Below, piece after piece: positions 58,989-64,000 of a stretch of DNA of 64,000 nucleotides. The notes beneath the pieces were generated by a model. That model was not told the DNA's origin. It worked only from the letters and a program-made list of their open reading frames with translations, and made no database searches. Numbering within the stretch: position 1 is the stretch's first letter; every line of letters begins with the position of its first letter. The translations under genes and the position numbers were made by a program. This DNA is from Spirochaetia bacterium (GTDB lineage Bacteria > Spirochaetota > Spirochaetia > CADAEX01), in assembly GCA_963662795.1 (NCBI GenBank), contig OY759746.1:992001-1056000 (forward strand), read 5' to 3'.

Positions 58989-60497
58989 CTAATGAATCCT
59001 TACCCCCTGCTCTGTAAGAATCTTCTGCACTTCTGCAATATCAACATTCCCCGTAGTTTTTCCTGTCCTGAGGGAAACAGCAGCCGCGATTCCTGCACCC
59101 TGACCTGTTACTGTGCAGGCCATCATGTTCCGCATGGCACAGTGCGAAACTTTATCGCCTGCGGAGCATCTTCCTGCAACAAGGAGGTTATCAACATCAA
59201 GAGGAAGCAGGCAGCCGTAAGGAACTTCAAAATAGCGGCCTGTTGTCGGCAATATAAGGATATTGTAACCATCAAGGAATTCAGGGAAAATCCCGATCGA
59301 ATCGCCAAATTTGCCCTCTCCCCTCACATCATCGCCGGTAAGGTTATAGCGGCCTATAATTTTGCGGGAATCCCTGCATCCAAGTGTCATTCCGAAATTC
59401 CGCAGCTTTGCTTTCTCAAAACCGGGGACTACCTTTTTCAGGGCGGCAATGGCATGAAGGGTTTCCGCCCTTCCCTGCATTTCCGCCCTGGTTAAATCGA
59501 AAACATCAGTGCAGTCAATCCCTTTCATGTGCACAAGATTGAGGTTTGTAGCCTCCCCCGCATCAGTCAGGGCGGACCATGTCCCGCCTAAATTCCCGCT
59601 GCCGGCCGGAAAAACACCGAGTTCACGTGCTTTTTCAAACTCTTTTTCAAGATAAGGGCTCCTCAGGGCATCTTCCTTGCCTGTTGTTTCCTGGTCCCAG
59701 ACCCGGCTCCAGTCTGCATAGGTAGCCTTGTTCTTTTCGGTATATTTTAAAAATTTCTTTTTATCAACGCCGCTGCAGCTGAAAACTGTCGTTACCCCCA
59801 TCATCTCTTCCCTTGCAGTCTTGCGGCAGGGGGCTCCGGCGAGGTATGCAATATCAGCATCCCCGGTGCAGTCTATAACCCGCTTTGCGAGAATTGCCAG
59901 GCGCCCTGATTTGCTCTCTGTGATCACTCCGGCAATCCGGTTCTTATCCATTATTGCCTCTACCGCAAGACAATGAAGAACAGGCCTAACTCCGGTTTCC
60001 CGGATGAGATGGTCGGCGACAATTTTGAAAAAATCAGCATCAAGACATTCACTGTCATTATATGGCCATTTAACAGTACCGCCCATTCCGGCCGCAAGTT
60101 TTTCCATCTCCCGGCCTATTCCATTGGACTCAACTGTCCCTTCATAACGGTACCAGCCGAGCGTTTCCATTCCTACAGTTGTTATAACTCCGCCGAAGCA
60201 GCCGTAGCGCTCCATCAGGATAGTGTCGGCTCCTGCCCGTTTCGCAGAGAGAGCCGCTGAAAGGCCGGCCGGCCCTCCCCCTATGACAAGGACCTCGCAT
60301 TCTGCCAGGACAGGCACTTTTCTCTCCGGTTCGTATATATCTGATCTGCCGTGTTTTACAGGAAGACTTTCATTTCTTTTGTAAACAGTCTCTCTTTCAG
60401 GGTTGCCTCTTGTATTTTCCTGTTTAATTCCCGCCCAGCGGCTTATCATCCGCAGTATACTGCTTTCATATTTTTCTTCTTTATTTTTTTTATCCAT
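58989..60497 (-). CDS. FAD-dependent oxidoreductase
   Basis: VIGGGPAG, ERYGCFGG, IDCTGDAD, RDSRKIIG, VPYGCL, NLLVAGRC, GQGAG. Start moved to ATG 60497 (GGAG upstream). Confidence 0.9.
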   Translation of the reverse strand: MDKKNKEEKYESSILRMISRWAGIKQENTRGNPERETVYKRNESLPVKHGRSDIYEPERKVPVLAECEVLVIGGGPAGLSAALSAKRAGADTILMERYGCFGGVITTVGMETLGWYRYEGTVESNGIGREMEKLAAGMGGTVKWPYNDSECLDADFFKIVADHLIRETGVRPVLHCLAVEAIMDKNRIAGVITESKSGRLAILAKRVIDCTGDADIAYLAGAPCRKTAREEMMGVTTVFSCSGVDKKKFLKYTEKNKATYADWSRVWDQETTGKEDALRSPYLEKEFEKARELGVFPAGSGNLGGTWSALTDAGEATNLNLVHMKGIDCTDVFDLTRAEMQGRAETLHAIAALKKVVPGFEKAKLRNFGMTLGCRDSRKIIGRYNLTGDDVRGEGKFGDSIGIFPEFLDGYNILILPTTGRYFEVPYGCLLPLDVDNLLVAGRCSAGDKVSHCAMRNMMACTVTGQGAGIAAAVSLRTGKTTGNVDIAEVQKILTEQGVRIH

Positions 60498-60621
60498 ATC
60501 AACAACTCCACATGCCTTATCCGGTATAAAAATTATACAACATAAGATCAGTTTTTTCGGGCAGGGTACCAAATATTTATTATTATTTTTTACTTTTTAT
60601 CGTGCACAGCCGGACGGAGAA

Positions 60622-61890
60622 CTATGGATATTTATCTGCTGCGGTTCTTCCTTTTTCCAGCATGGCATTATACTCATGATCAGGGACAAATATGCCTCCT
60701 GTAAGCCAGGCAATATGTGTTCCTTTTACCCTGTCATTTCCGGTAATCAGGGGACCTGAAAGAGAGGCCGCGGCAGAGACTTCTATCTTTTCATTCTCGT
60801 ATTTTTTAAGCTGATAAAGATTTGCATACATCAGTTCATCGTCAACAGTATATATACCGTCTGTCAAATCCCTGCATATTTCAAGAACCAGCCCGGATGG
60901 AGAATCAACCGCAAGCCCGTCAGCATCTGTTTTCATGTTAAAACCATAATCCCTGAAATTGATTTTTTTCCCTTCAAGAAATCCAAGCATTACGGAAGGG
61001 GCATTAACAGGCTCGGCAAAATAGCATTTTACATTTTCCCCAAAAACATGTTTAAGCCCAAAGCATATCCCTCCCGGTGCCCCGCCTACTCCGCAGGGGA
61101 GATAGACATACAGCGGGTTTTCCCTGTCAACCTTAATCCCAACGCCGGCAAGCTGCTTTTCAAGCCGGAGGGCTGCCGTGCTGTAGCCCAGAAAAAGCTG
61201 CATTGAGTTTTCATCATCAACAAAATAGGAATAAGGGTCTTTAATGGAGGACGCCCTCCCCCTTTCAACCGCTTCGGCATAAGAGCCTTTGTGTTCAATA
61301 ACGTTTACACCGAGATTTCTCAGCTTGTTCTTTTTCCATTCCCTGGCATCATTTGACATGTGGATTGTCACCCTGAATCCCAGTTTCGCCGATATTATGC
61401 CGATACTCATACCCAGGTTGCCGGTAGAACCTACAGCCACATGGTAGTGCGAAAAAAAATCATTCATTGCTTTATCCGCAAATATTCCATAGTCTGAATC
61501 AGCAGTAACAAGGTCATGCTCAAGTGCAAGATCTTCCGCATGTTTTAATATTTCGTATATTCCGCCGCGGGCTTTAACTGAACCGGCAGCCTGGAGAAGA
61601 TTGTCGCACTTGATATAAAAAGGGCTTTTTGTTTTTAAAACCTTTTCAGAAAAACCTGGAGCATGTTTCAGAGGGGATTCAATTGTTCCGTCAATTGTTT
61701 CAGGGAATGCTTTCAATAAAAATGGTTTAAACCTCTCCAGACGATTTGAAGCGTCAAGGATGTCCCTAAAACCGGCTTTTTTACTATCAGGCATCCCCCC
61801 CCTGGGGAAGGGCACTGCAAAAGGGTTTTCCCAGAAAAGGCTTTCCTTGGCAAGGACTTTTTCAATTATCTTCCTGAAAGGTTTTTCCAT
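60622..61890 (-). CDS. dsdA: D-serine ammonia-lyase
   Basis: IESPL, GSVKARGGIYE (PLP Lys), VGSTGNLGMSIG, FVDDENS..LFLGY, YLPCGVGGAPGG, TGG. Confidence 0.92.
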   Translation of the reverse strand: MEKPFRKIIEKVLAKESLFWENPFAVPFPRGGMPDSKKAGFRDILDASNRLERFKPFLLKAFPETIDGTIESPLKHAPGFSEKVLKTKSPFYIKCDNLLQAAGSVKARGGIYEILKHAEDLALEHDLVTADSDYGIFADKAMNDFFSHYHVAVGSTGNLGMSIGIISAKLGFRVTIHMSNDAREWKKNKLRNLGVNVIEHKGSYAEAVERGRASSIKDPYSYFVDDENSMQLFLGYSTAALRLEKQLAGVGIKVDRENPLYVYLPCGVGGAPGGICFGLKHVFGENVKCYFAEPVNAPSVMLGFLEGKKINFRDYGFNMKTDADGLAVDSPSGLVLEICRDLTDGIYTVDDELMYANLYQLKKYENEKIEVSAAASLSGPLITGNDRVKGTHIAWLTGGIFVPDHEYNAMLEKGRTAADKYP

Positions 61891-61916
61891 TTTAAGCTCC
61901 TCATTATAAGGATTTT

Positions 61917-63680
61917 CTATTCCAGTATAGCACTTAATTCATTTTTGGCAGTATTTTTTAATAATAAGCAGATCTCATCGTTTGTCCTGCTGCTGTCTGA
62001 AATTTCAGACAAGGCCCTGGGGTCCCTTGTTGAAAGCAAAGCATTCTGTTTTGTCCTGATAAAATTTTCAAGCCCGCCGGTTTTCTCTTTCAGGGCGGCT
62101 ATGTCATCAGGGCTTATCGTCTCAAGCTCTTTAAGAGCTGCAAGTTTCACTACCCCGTCTTTGAATCTGCGGAAAAAATCATCCAGGTCTTCGCTCTTCA
62201 TGGCGAGGGTCGATCTTAACAGAAGATAATCCAGGGGTTTTAAATTGACTGCTTCATATCCGAACTGGGCGCCCGGGCGGGATATAAATCCCGAATCATC
62301 CTTTCCGTGATTGTATCTCATAAAGTAAACCATAAGATCGGCGCTTCCCCCAATTAATGAAGGGAGGTTTTTTCTGGGGAATTTTGAGAGGATATACCAG
62401 CCCGCATCAGGATCGTTTATCTCAAAAAAACGGAATCCTACTGAGCTGTTTATCGAGTCAACATGCTCACCTGCGCGAACAAGCTGGCTCTTTATATAGG
62501 AACTGTTTTTATCAATCCACTCTTGTGATGAAAATGCATAAGCTGCGACAACGCCGACTTCATTGGAGACCTCCATACCGTCGCACCCCTCGTTATCAAG
62601 AACCTTCTCCATTCTCGAAATTATACTGCCCTTATCCCCTGGAATCCACGCTCCGCTTGTCGCAAAGCCTACCCTGGCGGAAGCATAGCCGAGTGTTTTT
62701 GAAGGGGAAACTATTGTTATGGTATAATCAAACATGCGTGATAATTTTTCCGCACCGGATTCGACAGAAGCAATAGAGAATATTTTTATCCCGTCTTTTA
62801 GAATGCTGCCGTTATACACCTGGTCAGCAATGACAAAAACAGGATTATCACTGTTTTTCCTGTTGTATTCAAGAACGGTTTCAGCAATTTCCCGTATCTG
62901 GGCTTCAGGCATTACACCGCCTGACGGATTTGCCACTACACTGAAATAGATTGCCCTTATATCGCCCCTCTCCTCAAGTTCCCTGCCGATATGACAGGCA
63001 TCAAGCTTTTCAACAATCTTCAAGCGGCTGTTATGCCAGGACGGCGCTTTTACAAGACTCTGGTAATGCCCTCTCGGGACAAGTATAGTTCCGCTTGACC
63101 TTACCCGGAGGTCCCTTCCGTTTTCATCCAGAGCAACATCCTGTGTCATAAGCACATTAATAAGCGTATGATAAAGGTTTTTGAAACCTGTCCCCATTAC
63201 TACCTGATCATCGCCGACAGGAATTCCAAGATTCTGAAAATAGTTTCTCATGAGGAAACGGCTTTCAACCTGGCCGGCTGCATAATCCAGATATCCTGTT
63301 GACCCGATCTTCTGCCTCTTCTGAAAATCAAGAAAATTTTCAAAAGATTCATTCCTGAGTTCAGAATGTTTCCATAAATCCTGATACGCTTTATAAAGAT
63401 CTATGAAATAGCCGTTTGAGGGACAAAATCGTTTCAAAAGTCCGGAGAGAGGCACCGCTTCCTTTTCGGCAAACGAGGATAAAAACCCCAAAAGTGAAGT
63501 GTGATTTTTAGTATGATGCATGTGTGCTTCAAGAGCCATCGGGTTGGGGGAGAAAAAAAACTGTCCTCCTATATGAGCGTTAACCGCTTTTTCATTTCCG
63601 GCAAGCCCTTTTCCTTTTTCAGACATAAGCCTGCCCATCTCATTGTAATGAACCAGCGTTCCCGGGTTTATATTTTTCAT
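61917..63680 (-). CDS. PLP-dependent fold-type I (aminotransferase class I/II-like) enzyme, unusually long
   Basis: ANPSG, IADQVY, SPSKTLGYASARVG, PDAGWY, LRST; 587 aa with N- and C-terminal extensions. Confidence 0.8.
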   Translation of the reverse strand: MKNINPGTLVHYNEMGRLMSEKGKGLAGNEKAVNAHIGGQFFFSPNPMALEAHMHHTKNHTSLLGFLSSFAEKEAVPLSGLLKRFCPSNGYFIDLYKAYQDLWKHSELRNESFENFLDFQKRQKIGSTGYLDYAAGQVESRFLMRNYFQNLGIPVGDDQVVMGTGFKNLYHTLINVLMTQDVALDENGRDLRVRSSGTILVPRGHYQSLVKAPSWHNSRLKIVEKLDACHIGRELEERGDIRAIYFSVVANPSGGVMPEAQIREIAETVLEYNRKNSDNPVFVIADQVYNGSILKDGIKIFSIASVESGAEKLSRMFDYTITIVSPSKTLGYASARVGFATSGAWIPGDKGSIISRMEKVLDNEGCDGMEVSNEVGVVAAYAFSSQEWIDKNSSYIKSQLVRAGEHVDSINSSVGFRFFEINDPDAGWYILSKFPRKNLPSLIGGSADLMVYFMRYNHGKDDSGFISRPGAQFGYEAVNLKPLDYLLLRSTLAMKSEDLDDFFRRFKDGVVKLAALKELETISPDDIAALKEKTGGLENFIRTKQNALLSTRDPRALSEISDSSRTNDEICLLLKNTAKNELSAILE

Positions 63681-63718
63681 GCTGTTAATCTCCTGTGCAA
63701 ATTATCTGTAAACTGTTT

Positions 63719-64000
63719 TTAAAGGCCCATTAATTCAACTGCATCACCCCAGGTTTTAATTCTGCCGGGCCGCATGCCCCTGTGGAGAGGATTGATATAG
63801 CCCCGCAGCTGATTCAGGGAGTCTCTTATTTCTCCCCTTATCCATTCTGATTCACCTTTCCAGACCCTCGAAATTGAGGATATCTCACCGGAGTGTATTT
63901 TTTTCTCCTCCACAGGCTCTCCGTTTTCAATGATTCTCAGATTAAATATTTCAGAACATTCTTTCAGTGTCAGGGTAATTTCGAGATTGATATCAGTGCC
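63719..64000 (-). CDS. 3' end of a gene entering from outside the window, possibly the C-terminal domain of a PHP/CehA-McbA-like metallohydrolase
   Basis: Frame is open to the window edge: GTDINLEITL...LRIIENGEPV...WIRGEIRD...GYINPL. Family call is weak. Confidence 0.5.
   Translation of the reverse strand, partial: GTDINLEITLTLKECSEIFNLRIIENGEPVEEKKIHSGEISSISRVWKGESEWIRGEIRDSLNQLRGYINPLHRGMRPGRIKTWGDAVELMGL

Overview
A 64-kb chromosomal window from an anaerobic, free-living-type spirochaete (inferred from 'AGGSKE'-type SBP signal ends, spirochaetal lipoboxes, a bacterial XPB and a Treponema/Spirochaeta-style giant FlgD-Ig protein). About 52 coding regions are present; I saw no rRNA, tRNA, CRISPR array, transposase or integrase. 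Main content: serS-clc-uppP, XPB helicase, a sigma54-driven tripartite tricarboxylate transporter with its kinase, response regulator and a divergent PhnD-like protein, a frameshifted BKACE pseudogene, galU, FIST-GGDEF, HTH-EIIA plus CBS antiporter, tryptophanase, an ABC importer, hydE-aspA-like-hydF, a 3113-aa surface protein with about 5.6 mosaic 903-bp repeats, TRAP+USP, htpG, a hybrid kinase, a MORC-like GHKL ATPase with an internal Ig-like domain, and a PLP enzyme/dsdA cluster. Best leads: (1) an unannotated 24-codon uORF before tnaA with TnaC geometry (K11, V20, P24-UGA) but Tyr instead of Trp at position 12; (2) the stand-alone GHKL-Ig ATPase; (3) allele-shuffled repeats and a T9SS-CTD-like tail in the giant protein; (4) a readable sigma54 promoter with twin candidate enhancer sites in a probable three-component system. 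All calls come from motif reading by eye; no database searches were run.
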